Shown here: piece after piece, positions 37,626 to 51,144 of the stretch
Layout: the number at the start of each line of letters is the position of its first letter
Numbering within the stretch: position 1 is the stretch's first letter
From: Callorhinchus milii
Taxonomy: Eukaryota
Assembly: GCF_018977255.1 (NCBI RefSeq)
Contig: NW_024704743.1
Span: forward strand, 43,154,001-43,218,000
Reading direction: 5' to 3'
Length of the DNA: 64,000 nucleotides
Translations under genes and position numbers: made by a program
The notes under the pieces: model-generated
Seen by the model: only the letters and a program-made list of their open reading frames with translations
Database searches by the model: none
What the model was told of the DNA's origin: nothing

Positions 37626-37996
37626 TAGTTTCCTCTCATTTTAAATGCCAATATCTCACCAAAATCAGGTTGAAAGCTCCAGTAATCAAATGTCAGATTT
37701 AGTTAACTTTCAAGATGACCTGCCTGGGAGGGGAGTTTTGCTAATTTTATTCTGGTGCTCCAGATTTAGTCTGTCTACTACAGATCCAATTAGAGAATTA
37801 CCTTAATAGTGACGTCACAGTACAATGCCTTCAGTAAAAGACTAATGGGTACGTAGTTTGTGCAAATTAGATGCACGCCATTTTCTTCACATGTCACTTT
37901 CTATATCCTTTTTTAAGTAAACCATCTCTTAGCCACATGCATGCTTGTATGTACATTCTGATGCTGATTTGTCTTACCATGAATGCTGCACTATTT

Positions 37997-38530
37997 TTAT
38001 ACTGCCGCATCCAGAGGTAGGTTGTTGGAATGGAATTCACACTCATTCCCTGGAGGGACGTATCCTGTATACCCAATTCTGGAAAGTATTAGGCGTAGGT
38101 TGGCAGGAGCCAAGGCTTCGGGGACCCCAGAGTGTGCATTGGCATACCGCTGGAGTCTAACCAAATGAAAATGCATAACTTGCCATCGATAGCACTGTCT
38201 GGCAAGCTTTCCTGCTGCTTGTCTAGCTAGGACCATTCTATCCATTAGGGCTTTGGTTTTCAGGGGGTTAACAAGGGCTGTGTGGGAAGATTCCCTGCCC
38301 CCAGGAACTGATCTGCCCGTCCAAGTCTTGCCGATGAACCAGGCCGGCCGTGCTGTCATCATCAGTGCCCTGAAATACTGCGGACCCGATTGGCTCAGGA
38401 ACCTCCAGACTACCGAGACAGGCACAGAGAGTTGGCTCGATTCCGATATTCCGTTGCCAGGCATGTCACCTTGGAGCCAGTTCAAGGAGAACCGGCTTAC
38501 CTCCCGCCAAGGATAGTCACTACCCTTTTA
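37997..38530 (-). other. Unidentified coding-like dispersed repeat, copy A (open frame of about 175 codons)
   Basis: Homologous in opposite orientation to 53095-53600; shared peptides LNWLQGDM, QYxRALxMT, ALMxRxVLAxQAAG. Confidence 0.7.
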
Positions 38531-39432
38531 TATTAATGCAGTGAGACAGTACCTTGTGGTATGAGTGAAGTCTACCATAAACTTCACTAGTTATTCAGAT
38601 TCTACTAAACGTACTTGAGGTGGCTAACAAATTATCATGTTCTTGCAGGCATATTTAAGATCTTGTATTGTGGAAACCTGCTGGGAACAAATCGGCTGCT
38701 GAGTTTGCCCACAAATGGTGTTATTACATTTGACAGCAATTACAGTAAAACAATTTAGACATTTCAATGTGATAAGGCACTATTAAAAGGTCTTCCTTTA
38801 TTCTTACTGCCATGCTTTAGATGATAAGCGTTGCAGTTTGGCAATTACCTGTGAGATGCTCTGAAATGTTTCACTATTAAGGGTATATCAAATGCAAGGA
38901 TTATTTTAATAACAGGAGTGTGATGCCTGATGAATGAAGGACCACCAATTTACAAAAAGAGGGGCTTGGGAACTCAAAGACTGGTGACTTGTTGAGAACA
39001 TATTGGATAGCATCCCAAGGAATAAAGAAACTCGTAGAGAAACAGAATTTAGAGGGATTTAATGGGTGGGAGATTTGTGGGACGAGTCTAGAATTTGTGA
39101 AAGCAATAACGTACAGATGAACATTTCCAATACTTAGATTTTGGCACTGAGAGAAGTTGGCCCACAAGGCAGAAAGGCAAGGAATCGGGGGATGGAGGGG
39201 AGCCTCCTGAGGAAATATAATTGGAAATGTCATTCTCTGGCAGGGCATCTCCATTTTATATTCTTTGTTATGAGGATGAGAATTAAAAGAATATATATTA
39301 AAAAGACCAGAATAGCCGCAGTGGTTTGTGCTGGGAAAAAATGAAGAGTCTTGTAGTAATAATAATTGTTGCATTTAGTAGAGCATCTCTCACATCAGGA
39401 GGACGTGTCAAAATGCTTCACAGGATTTACGT

Positions 39433-39763
39433 GGAGTCCTGTAGCTCAGTGGTTAGAGCACTCGCTTTGCAAGTGAGAGACCTGAGTTCAATTCCAGGCA
39501 GGGCGAAACCTTGGGCAAGTTTCCTTACTCCACACGCCTAATAATAATCCCTCCAAAACCAAAACCAATAATAAATTGGTCATTTTCAATCTACGACTGT
39601 TTGTGGGACATTGCTGTGCGCAATTGGTTGCCGCGTTCGCCCACAAATATATACAGTCAATTCACTTTACAGTGTGTTCTGTGAAGCGCTTTGGGACGTC
39701 CTCCCGATGTGAAAAGCGCTATATCAAATGCAAGGATTATTATTATTATTATTATTATTATTA
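39433..39763 (+). mobile_element. tRNA-derived SINE (short subtype), full length, long (TTA)n tail
   Basis: GGAGTCCTGTAGCTCAGTGGTTAGAGCACTCGC head through AAATGCAAGGA(TTA)n. Confidence 0.93.
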
Positions 39764-39934
39764 CTGTGTAATTGTAAGCAAACGCAGCAGCCCAGCCGTA
39801 CACAGCAATGTCCCACAAACAACCATGAAATTAACGACCAATTTTACTTTGGGGGATTGTTGGTCAGGATACCAGGAGAAACACCTCTTTTTGATTAGTA
39901 CCATGGGATTTTTATTGACCACCTGAACAGGCAG

Positions 39935-40512
39935 ACAACAACAAAATGACATTTGTGAACAGCCTTTCATGTCGGGAGGACATCCCAAGGCGCTGAACAG
40001 TCAGGGATCAGGACCTGAGCGTGGGGCGCCAGGGTTGGGATGAGGGAGGGCAGAGGGGGTAGGAGGGCGGCTGAAGGCACGGTCAAAAAGTAGGATCTTG
40101 AGTCGTGCCTTGAAGGAGGCAAGAGAGGGAGTGAGGTGAAGGGAATGTGGGATGGAGTTCCAAAGGATGGGGGCAGAGAGGCTCAAAGCCCGGCCGCTGA
40201 TGGTAAGGCGGGTCGGACGGGAGACATGGAGCAGGCTGGAGCCTGCTGAACAGAGGGAGCGGACAGGTTGATCGGGGGTCAGCAGGTTAGAGATGTAGGA
40301 GGGGGCAGGACGAGGATTTTGAATTCTATCCTCTAAGGGATGGGGAGGCAGTGGAGCCGGGCGAGGGTGGGGGTGATGGGGTCACGGAGCCTGGTGCGGG
40401 AGAGGACACGAGCTGCAGAATTCTGCATGATCTGCAGCTTGTGGAGGGAAGAGTTGGGGAGGCCGACAAGGAGGGAGTTTCCGTGGTCAAGTCTTGAGGT
40501 GACGAATGAGTG
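39935..40512 (-). mobile_element. L2 LINE 3' fragment inserted into an older Deu-type SINE (39780-39934 and 40513-40610)
   Basis: Collinear with 15323-15870; (AAC)n tail at left; LWNSIP..ASFKARLK. Confidence 0.88.
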
Positions 40513-41466
40513 ACAGGGCCTCAGTTTAATGACTCATCCCAAGGAAGGCACTTCCAGCCCTGCATTTGAAGTGTCAGTTTAACACTGAACCCACAACCTT
40601 CTGACTCAACAAAAACATGGATTTATGTAGTGGCCTTCACACGGGATGATGTCTCGGAGCAGTTAACAACGGCAGAGCTTGACTCAGAGGAGAGAGTGCT
40701 ACCCAAATGAGCCAGGTTGGAGTAGGGGTGCGGGAATTATTATGTTGTCCCGAACTATGTAGGGATTATAATGCATAATTGGTTACGTGATCTGCTTTGA
40801 AACAAATTCTCAAATCTTGCCTTAGACTACATTGGTCTTAAATTTAGAACGTTTGGAATGTCCTAGGTGCCATATCATCAAACTTACTGCTATAATAATA
40901 ATAACATTATTAATACAATCCACTATTGAACTTGGCAAAGGACCACGAAAAATCCCCCAGTGCTTGCTACCTGTTGCTGAATCTCTTTATAAAATCTGTT
41001 GCTCAGCAAAATGGGTAATTTTGTATTTCTTCATAGCTGTAGCCACAGAATAAGACAATTTCCAACTCATATGCGGTTAACAACAACAACAATATTACAT
41101 TTGTATAGCGCCTCTCACGTCGGGAGGACGTTAACTGATTTTAAGACATCTAAATTCTTCACCAACCAACCCCTTCAACCCAAATACTTGCAGTATGGTC
41201 TGTTGTAGTTTACATGTATGCCTACCTGATTTTTCACTGTTTGGTATTTCCTTTTTAGAAATTTGTACCATTTTTTAAATCAGCAAATGGCCTCTGAAGT
41301 CACTTTATTGAGGGGTGTTTTCTTTTAAGATCTTGTGGTTTGGTTTCAGGTCTCTGCTGAGGTAGCTGGTCCACAGTGGCCCTGGGCTAGGGAAGGAAAA
41401 ATTAATCTGGGCTCCCTGATTGCTATTCAGTGATTTCCTGCTGGAAAGTCCATTTATTATTTGAAA

Positions 41467-41831
41467 TCCTGTAGCTCAGTGGTTAGAGGACTCGCATCGC
41501 AAGCGAGAGGACCTGAGTTTTCCCAGACAGGGAGAAACCTTAGGCAAGTTTCCTTATTCTACATGCCTCTGTTTACTTAGCAGTTAGTAGGAACCTGGTT
41601 GTTAATTGATTGGCGGATTTTCTGAGGGTAATAATTCCTTTTGTTAAAAAAATCATAATTTGATCACTTGATGCATGACTGTTTGCGGGACGCTGCTGTG
41701 CGCAATTGGCTGCCTCAATTCGCCCACAATATATACAGTCAATTCACTTTACAGTATAGTCTGTGAAGCGCTTTGAGACGTCTCGAAGACGTGAAAGGTG
41801 CTATATCAAATGCAAGGATTATTATTATTAT
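41467..41831 (+). mobile_element. tRNA-derived SINE (long subtype)
   Basis: Head, central CTGTTTACTTAGCAGTTAGTAGGAACC segment and (TTA)n tail. Confidence 0.9.
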
Positions 41832-42483
41832 AAATATTAGATGAGAACAGAATTAGACTCCTCTTTCGTTCTGCCTTTCTCCATTTGGTCTACCTCACAT
41901 CTGAGTGGATGTTGAAATATCTCATAGATCTTCACAGAATTTCAGTAAAGTTAGTGGTTGTAGGTAGACAAAGCAGCCAATATGTGCACAGCAATGTCCC
42001 ACAAACTGCCATGAAGTGAATGACAAATTTCTCTGGGTGATTATTGGCTTGGACACCAGGACTTTTTAAACAGTATCATGGGTCGTGAACAGCAGATGGC
42101 GTCTTGGTTTGTCTCACTTGCATTTAAAGCGCTATTTCAAATGCACTTTCCTTCATGTAGGTTAATACCTCGAAGCAAGGATGGGGTCAGATCTGAGCAA
42201 TGGGGGAGGGTAGGTAAGTGCAGTTGAACAGGTATGTTTTTAGGCAGGATTTAAAGATCAAAGGGTGAGAGTTTCAGAGGTAGCTGAAGGCTCTGCTGCC
42301 CGCCCACCGATGGTGGAGTACAGGACATGCAAAAGTCCGAGTGAGCTGAGCTGCCAGGGCAAACGGAAGAGTAGGGTAAGAGAAGGTCACATCGATGGGG
42401 GAGTGCAAGAGTGTGAGCGGATTTGTAGGTGAGGATCGTGAAATTGATATCAAGTTCCTGCAGCACTGCACTGGAGTCAATCT

Positions 42484-42788
42484 CTGTAGCTCAGTGGTTA
42501 GAGCACTCGCCTTGCAAGCGAGAGACCTGGATTCAGTTCCCGGCAGGGTGAAACCTTGGGCAAGTTTCCTTACTCCACACGCCTGACAATAATTCCTCAA
42601 GAGAAAAAAACAATAATAAATTGGTCACTTCAATCCACGACTGTTTGTGGGACACTGTTGTGCGCAATTGGCTGCCACATTTCGCCCACAAATATACAGT
42701 CAATTCAATTTACAGTATATTCTGTGAAGCGCTTTGAGAAGTCTTGAAGACGTGAAAAGTGCTATATCAAATGCAAGGATTATTATTA
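42484..42788 (+). mobile_element. tRNA-derived SINE (short subtype)
   Basis: Collinear with 24485-24792 and 39433-39763. Confidence 0.92.
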
Positions 42789-44114
42789 TGAGTTCAAAGT
42801 CCTAATGTGGAACCTGAGCCCACACCTTCTGAACCAGATGTAGCTTATGTGCCAACACACAATGTTTTCCTTTTGTTAACTTCTACTTTTTAGCCGCAGT
42901 TTTTAAAGAATTTCAGGAGCTTTGTGTGGTACAAGAAAGTGGTATTTAGGCCAGACTGGCTTCAGTTTGTGCCCACTATATGAAGTTCTGAAGGTTCCTA
43001 CAGTCATGTGAACTTCTAATGAGATAGATTTGGTGTTTTATCCATTGCTTCAAACCAACATTTGAATCATTAGAAACTCCCAAGTATTTGAATTTGATCC
43101 AAATTGTATGAAAAGCTGAAGCTTAAGCCTAATTACAAATTCATCAAACAAAGAAACAATCTGCAAGCACTAACGCTCCCAGAGCTGTAAACATCAATTC
43201 AGCCTGTATATTTCCGTTCTTTCCATAGATTTATTTTTTTTTAAAAAAATCTGCTTAATTGTAGTAAGCATTACTCCAAGGCTTACTATAAACAAAAACT
43301 GTTTCGGATTAGTTGGCAAGCGATTATCGACTCTGTGAAACAGCCAGATAACTACAATCAATGCGTATTCTTCAAACAGCTTTATTAAGTCATATTAGCA
43401 GCTTCCCTGCTGATTAGAATGTCACTTCTGTTCATGTCAAATGGACCTTTATATAATCAGATACTGAGTACATATGTTTGTGGTTATCTTCCAATACACA
43501 GCTAACCACCATCTGGTATATGTGTAAGTGAGGAGTATGGCTCCTCTGATGGCTCAGTGAATAGCTGAGCGATACCTTCTATGATTAAAAAGCAAGTTTG
43601 ATCCCTTTTCTGTGTTGTTAACTAATCACAGTTGGGGTCACACCACGGCCACAGAACAGGGACGAGCACTTTCCCCTTAATGAGGAAAAATAAGAGTCCG
43701 TTAACACTAACCTCGCACACATCCTAACCCCAAAAGTTTCAATGGGAGAAAATCCTATCCCAGCCTTTTAGTCTCGGATAATGGCAGATGGCAAAAAGGG
43801 GGGAAATAACTTACAAAATCAGTGAGATGTGGAATTGTTTAGTTAAGTTTTTGCTCTCAACAGTAATATTCGCTGGTTGCATATATGTCAAATGTCAGCT
43901 GGGGGTAACAATAACCTTGGGAAAGCAAGAAACTTTTTTTGAAAATATATATTTATTTATAAAAAGAATGTTTAGTACAACAGAAATCCAAAACAAACAC
44001 ATCTCTTACAATTTTTTCCTTTTCTCCCGACAAAAAACACATTCCGTTGTTTACAGTGCATTCCTTCCCCGCACATAGGTTGTGCACACGTTTTTTGGGA
44101 CGTTCCCTTTAACA

Positions 44115-44335
44115 CGTCTCAAAGTGCTTCACAGAATAGACTGTAAAGTGAATTCACTGTATATTTGTGGGCGAAACACGGCAGCCAATTGTGCACAGCA
44201 GTGTCCCACAAACAGTCCTGGACTGAAGTGACCAATTTTTTTTTTGGAGGGATTATTATCAGGCGTGTGGAGTAAGGAAACTTGCCCAAGGTTTCGCCCT
44301 GTCTGGAATTGAACCCAGGTGTCTCGCTTGCAAGA
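44115..44335 (-). mobile_element. tRNA-derived SINE (short subtype), truncated at both ends
   Basis: Reverse complement of the SINE body. Confidence 0.85.
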
Positions 44336-44690
44336 TAAAGGGCCTGAGTTTATGATCCTCCAGGCACACTTGATGTGGGTTTCTCTGTGAGCGCTCGGGA
44401 ACAGTCACCGAGTGCCGTGACAGCGGGTCCCAGGGAAGAACCGCGAGAGAATCCATTCCATCTGTTTCCAAACAGCCTTTGCCAAACAACACTCCAGGCA
44501 GAGGTGGTCCCTGTCTCCTGGCCTCTGCAGCCGGCCCGAGGGCAACGTGCTGCCTGGCCCAGACCTCAACCATGCATGGAGGCCCTGAGTGGGAGGGTCC
44601 CTTTTATTGCCAACCACGCCATGTCAAAAAACTACAACTTGGAACTCAAGATACTCCCAGACTGGTCTGATATTTATGAAGCATGACTGG
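44336..44690 (-). mobile_element. Tx1-like (L1 clade) LINE ORF2 C-terminal fragment
   Basis: Minus-strand DHLCLECCLAKAVWKQMEWILSRFFP resembles the ETxxHLxxxC..VW zinc-knuckle region of L1/Tx1 ORF2; frameshifted. Confidence 0.55.
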
Positions 44691-45209
44691 TTAGTTCCCA
44701 GCTGTACTTTTAGATGTCACTTTTTCTTTCTCGTGAGTTATTCCTCCCCGGAAGGTATTTGGCTCTAGTCTTTTTGGGGTAGTGTTCCATGGGCACTCTC
44801 TGGCATACGAGGGACTATTTTTCATTTGTGAGAATAACGATCCTCACCCCATATCCACCATGTGCACTTTGCCCGCAGGGGGCGCTGTTTAGCAACCAGG
44901 AGCCTGAAATTTCTCATGTTATTAGATTTAAGGCCATTACCAAATTTCTGCAGGATTACTTTTGGTGGGTGGGGGCTGATAACCAGAAAACTGGTTTCTA
45001 AATTAAGACATATTTGCAAATTCTGCACCATCATAAATTTCCAGGTGATGTTCTTATGCCTAGGAACACGAGAAATTTCAGATCCCAAGAGAGAGAATCC
45101 AGATTCATTTCTTCCTCCTTACATGAGAAACGCTGAGATCACCTGTAGGGTCTCAACTTCTAACCCATTTAACATCATCAGCTTAAAGCAGCACTTGGCC
45201 AAATAGTGC

Positions 45210-45588
45210 TGACCTGGATTTCAACCTTAGGGCAAAACATTAGGCATGTTTCCTTACTCCACACGCTTCTATTTACCTATCAGTAAGTATCAGCGCCTTG
45301 GGATGTCCTCCGACGTAAAAGGCGCTCTATAAATGCAATCTTGTTGTTGTTGTAAGTAGGATCCCCGTTAGTCGATTGGCAGATAGATCTCTTTCTGGGG
45401 GAAATAATCCCCAAATGTTTTTAAAATCTGGTCACTCAATCCACAACTGTGGGACACTGCTGTGTGCAATTGGCTGCTGCATTTCTCCCACAAAATATAG
45501 TCAATTCAATTTACAGTGTATTCTGTGAAGCGCTTTGAGAAGACTCGACGATGTGCTAAGGCGCTATATCAAATGCAAGGATTATTAT
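45210..45588 (+). mobile_element. tRNA-derived SINE (long subtype) interrupted by a 62 bp L2 tail (45290-45351)
   Basis: SINE body splits at a duplicated GTAAGTA around CAGCGCCTTGGGATGTCC..(TTG)n. Confidence 0.85.
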
Positions 45589-48304
45589 AAATATTAGATG
45601 AGAACAGAATTTGAGGAATTGACTTGTAATAATAATACACTACAGGACTCCACAGGACCTATTGAACTAAATGAGTGCTAATTTATAAAACTGATCATTT
45701 TTAGGCAATAAATCAAAAAGTCAATCATTATTTTCTACCTTTGTAGTTTTTATTAAGTGTGGTATAATTTGGAGCAAAAGAGATATTTTTCAAAAATAGT
45801 TTTACGAGTGACTTCTGTGTTTAAAAAAAACCCAGCAACAACAACAACTTGCATTTATTGCGTTCGTCACATGGGGTAGCGTCTCGGAGAACTTGCTGTA
45901 CAAATGAAAGTTGTCGTCGTAAAAATAACTTGATAAAGATTACCTTATTGGGTGAATCTGAAATCTTAAACAATTTGCAGGTCCTTTTATTGTGAAGGAG
46001 TTAAAATCTCTTTATTTTCTCCCCAATTCCCCACTGCACCGATATCCGAGAGTTTAGATAGCCAGCCTCAAATGTAGCTGTAAGAGAAATGCAAGAATAA
46101 CCTGGGAACAGATTTCCGTAATTCCCCCAGTGAGCACACAGGCTCACAAACACACACGGTATTTATTCCCAAAGCACTATTGCTGAGACTTGAAACTTAG
46201 CTGTGAGGGGGATGGAACTTGGATATCTCCCTGCTGTGGAGCTCCACTGCACAAAGCTGCAGAAGTAATTTGTATTCATCACTACACAAGCAGTCGAATG
46301 ACCCATATTTATACTGTAAAATGAGCCTTGCACAAACACTGCATCGTTGTCATTCTCAACAGTGAAAAATTGGGTTGAAAGGATTACTACAATGATTCTG
46401 TCAGAACAGCGCAGTCACACAAAGGAAAGTGAATCAACTCAAGGGGCTCTTCAGCTCAATTCCTTTCACCCAAAAATACCTAAGTGCCCAAGGCTCACAT
46501 AAATCACCTGGAAAGTAAGAAAAGATTAAATCAAATTCTCAAAAAGGGTAAAACAAAGTTCACAATCTCAATTGCTTTATTACGATCTCAATCATTTGTA
46601 TTATTTTATAACAGAATTTCTGAACAAATGTATAAAGTGATACGACATAGGTGCTGGATTAGATTTATGATTTTTAACTCCCCTATGAACACATCTACAA
46701 GTCCTTAAATTCAGAGGGGCCTTTTTTATGCAAACTTGCCCAACATTTTGCTCAAGAATCCAGGCGTCAGAGTGAAAGCGACAGCATTCTAACTGCAGTA
46801 CAAATTTTAACTCTGTCCAAACATGGCCAAAACCTTTATAAAAACTTGGCTCTGAGTATTTTAATTTAGATCTCATGATTTCTTAATTTTTAATATATGT
46901 TATTTAATTTGCATGCATATGCTGCATGCATAATGCGACTTACACTATTCCCAGGAACAGTGAAAGACCACTGCCGACTGGTGCAAAGTGCCAGACTGCA
47001 TCTCAGGCCTGGTTTGAAGAATTTTTCTTAACAGAATGATACGTGCGAAATTCTGAGGGAATGGACACGAAAATACTCATTAGATGGTTTGAATAAGGAC
47101 AAATCTTTTTCAGCCAGCAGTGCCATGCTTCCAGGTATAAACTCCCAGCGATCAGTGGTTGCAAGGTAATAATTGGATTATCACACCAGTGATACAGTGG
47201 TCACATCACTGTGTTAGCATTGCTGTCCACTATTGGATCTGTCATGCACTGATCACTATTAACTTCTGTCATCCACTGATCACTATTATATTCACCACCA
47301 AAATATACAGTCACACCACTTTACGATACATCCTGTGAAGCTTTTTCCAACGTTTCAATGACGTGATAAGGTGCCGTTGTCAAATACAAGGATTATGGTC
47401 TGTTATATTAAGATCTATCATGGACTGATCAATATTGTGTCAAAGCAATATTCCACCATAGTAACAAAAAAAGCTTTAATTGCGATTACATTACCGTGGG
47501 CAGCAATGTCAGAAATGGAATCTCACAGGGAAGTATACATAGATTGTTATTCCTGCCATCACTGGGATATAACCCCACATCAGGATTTTTAAATTACAGT
47601 CTATGCTGACCCTCCAATGCAGTGCTGGGGGAGCAGTACCTTCCTTTGAATAGGCGTTACGCTGAGGTCTTGTCTGCCTGGACATTAAACAATAACAAAT
47701 TGCATTTATATTGGTACCTTTCATGTCGGGAAGACGTCCCAAAGTACTGGACAGTCAAGGATTTGCACCCGAGCTGTGGGTGGGAGTCAAGAAAGGTGGA
47801 ACACAAAGGGGTGGGGGGATGACCAAAGCCACAGTTAAAGAGTAGGAAGATCTTAAGATGGGCATTGAAGGAGGCCAGGCAAAGAGATTCCCGATGGCCC
47901 TTCCTCAGTTTGCCTATCCTCACGGGCACAGCACACTAAGAAAAAGCTTTTGTAAAAGCTGCCAGATTTATCTTGTTTGCCTGATTATCACTTTAGCCTG
48001 CACCTTGGATCCAATTACTCCAGTTATATCATGACAAATGGCTTATGGAAGACTTCTTCAAAAGGGCATGTCATTCCTTTGCCATTGGCTTCTATTGCTT
48101 GAACAGCAATGAAGTTTAGGTAACCAGCTTGTGGATAAAATGCAGTGGTCTGAGAATATTAAAGTGTCACCAAATTATTGCACTGCACGTACGGCAAACG
48201 CTTCTGTGAGATTACATGTGACAAGAGATTATTGCATTAAGTGCAGTGTCTGCCTGAGTGACTGAGGTTCCAGGGTTGTGCTTTACCTGATGTTTACGTT
48301 ATCC

Positions 48305-49043
48305 CAGCGGTAAGAACACTGACCTCGTAAGCGAGAGGACCCGGGTTCGATTCCCGGGTAGCGCGAGTTGTTAGGCAAGTTTCCTTAATCCACACACCTC
48401 TGTTTACCTAGCAGTAAGTAGGATCCCAGTTGTTAGTTGATTGGCGGATTGCTTTCCAGGGGTAAAAATCCCTTCAAAACAAATAAAATAAAAAAATCAA
48501 TAATTTGGTCATTCATGGTCTTGCTCCCTCCTACCTACTATCCCCCTACCTACCTGCCCGTACCCTCCGTTCCTCTGGCTCCGGTCTGCTCCACATCCCC
48601 CGCCCTAACCGCCCTACCATCGGTGGCCGGGCTTTCAGTCTCTCAGCCCGTAGGCTCTGGAACTCCATCCCCCAGTGCCTGCGCCGCCTCCTCCCTTTCC
48701 TCCTTCAAGGCCGGTCTCAAGACCTTTCTCTTCGACCGTGTCTTCAGGTCCCCTCTCAATTCTCTAGCCCCTCCTCGCTCCCTCCCTTCCCTCCCCTCAC
48801 CCTGACCATTTCCCTCCTGCTCAGGTCCCGACCCATCTGTCCAGAGCCTTGGGACGTCCTCCCGACGTATAAATGCAATCTTGTTGTTGTTGTTTGTTGG
48901 ACACTGCTGTGAGCAATTGGCTGCTGCGTTTCACCCACAAAACTTACATTCAATTCATTTTACAATGTATTCTGTGAAGCACTTTGAGACATCTCAAATG
49001 AGGTGATCAGGCGCTATATCAAATGCAAGGATTATTATTATTA
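48305..49043 (+). mobile_element. tRNA-derived SINE (long subtype) with nested L2 3' fragment (~48515-48893)
   Basis: SINE head at 48305-48514, L2 segment HGLAPSYL..LHIPRPNRPTIGGRAFS with (TTG)n, SINE resumes GGACACTGCTGTG. Confidence 0.9.
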
Positions 49044-50085
49044 TGGTCCAATTTAAGTAAGAGCTCTGAGTAACCAAAGACCATTGCAAACACTGAGTTT
49101 CATAGCTCTTCTGAGCCTCTGACTGTTGTATGCTGTAGCTACTACTGTGAAGTTCAGAAGGATGACTGGCAGCAAAGGAAAATAAACAGAAGAACCATTA
49201 ATCCAAACACTTAAGTTCTATTCAAGCAATAATGAACTCAAATGTATGCACTTATCCAGCCTTCAACGTACCAGGGGCCAGTGGCTTTCAGTGAGGTTGA
49301 AAAGTATGGTGTTAAAGTTCATACCATTGTTGTGGTTGATAGTACTGTATGTTCAGTAGCTGGGAAGATGTACCCTGAGCCTGTTTTCACATGTTTACTG
49401 CCTTAAAATTATTTGACAAAAATGATAAATTATACTTGCAAATAACATCACAAGATGTATTTTTCCCCAGGACTAGAACCGCAGTGCTTCTGTAAAATGT
49501 TATCAAGAGATTCCTTTTAGGATAAAAAGCTGTGTCTATATTAGCAACCTAAGACTAATTTGTGTGTTTTTTAAACTACTTCATTCTAAGGATTGAAAAG
49601 CCCCACATTCCTTAAGAGGTCAATCCTTGTAAACTGGAGAGGAACAGAAAATGAAAGCAAATAAAGGAGTGGGGAGGGGGTTGGGGGGGACATGGCATCA
49701 CACACACTCGCAAGTTTCCTGTTCTGAATTGATTAATCTTGTGAGTATCAACTTATGGGCAACATGTATTTTCCGGAGGTGGAAATACAATAATTATAAT
49801 CCTTGCATTTGATATAGCACCTTATCACGTATTCAAGACGTCTCAAAGCACTTCACAGAATATACTGTAAGTGAATTGGCTGTATATTTTGTGGGTGAAA
49901 CTGAGAGTTTAAAGAACTAGTGTCTCAACTACTTCACCCAAGAGGTTGTACTTCTAGCAAACCCCTATTCAACTAAACTATATAGTATCTCTGCCAAATC
50001 CAATCCTAACTTTGCCCAAAATCCAGATGTTATCCACCAGGGTTCACAGGAGAGCAACCTTGAAGGAAATAAATTAGTTACCATT

Positions 50086-50505
50086 TGGTCCAAATCCTCA
50101 TCCTCACCTTCAAGGCCCTCCATGGCCTTGCCCCCTCCTACCTCTCCGACCTGCCAACCCCTTATCAACCTGCCCGCTCCCTCTGCTCAGCAGGCTCTGG
50201 CCTGCTCCAAGTCCCCTGCCTGGTCCGCCCCACCATCGGCAGTTGGGTCTTCAGCCTCTTTGCCCCCACCCTCTGGAACTCCACCCTACATTCCCTTCAC
50301 CTCACTCCCTCCCTGGCCTCCTTCAGGGCACGACTCAAGACCCTCTTCTTCGACCGTGCCTTCTGTCACCCTCCTACCCTCACTGCCCTCCACCCTCCCT
50401 GATCCCAACCACTCCGTCTCAGGTCTTAATTCCTGACTGTTCAGCACCTTGGGATGTCCTCCCTACGTGAAAGGCGCTTTACAAATGTAATTTTGTATTG
50501 TATTG
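50086..50505 (+). mobile_element. L2 LINE 3' fragment
   Basis: ILILTFKALHGLAPSYLSDL..LWNS..FRARLKT; standard tail. Confidence 0.9.
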
Positions 50506-51144
50506 TGTGCTCCAGACATCAACTCCAGCTAGGTGCATGCACATTTTCAAGACTGAGATGCGTAGATATTTGTTATGTCAGGGATTCAAGGGATACAAGG
50601 CAAAGGTCAGTAATTGGAGTTGAGGTACAGATGATCATCAGCCATGATCTTACAAAATGTCGGAACAGGCTTGAGGTGGTGAATGGCCTACTCCTGTTTC
50701 TATGTTTCTATGTGTGTGTCAAAAAAGACTGGATTCAAAGCAAACACAATAACTGCATTTTAAACAGGGAATCCATTTTCTTAGCTAAAGTTAATCTCTA
50801 TTTGTCTAAACTAATGGTTATTTTAAGGAGACATGGATACCCATGGTGTACTCCATAGATAAAGCGTGGACTCCACAGATAAAGCGCTCTGAGATACTAC
50901 CCTGCGTGGAGGGCACTATGTAAGTGCAAGTTGCTGTTGTTGCACTATAATATAATCCTTGTATTTGATATCGCACCTTATCATGTCTTCAAGACATCTC
51001 AATGATCTTCACAGAATATACTGTAAAGTGAATTGATTGTATATTTTGTGGGATCTATACTGGACCCTATATGAATTGTATATACATTGCTGTGCGCGGC
51101 AATCTAAGTACATATAATAATAATCAAATAATCCTTGCACTTGA

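Noticed and set aside
41340..41460. Possible ancient LF-SINE-like fragments (also ~20820-20900 and ~43540-43640)
   Set aside because: Too short and degenerate to assign without a profile search
47220..47292. Short ~26 bp tandem duplication (CTGTCAT.CACTGATCACTATTA)
   Set aside because: Two to three copies only, with no associated structure; ordinary slippage
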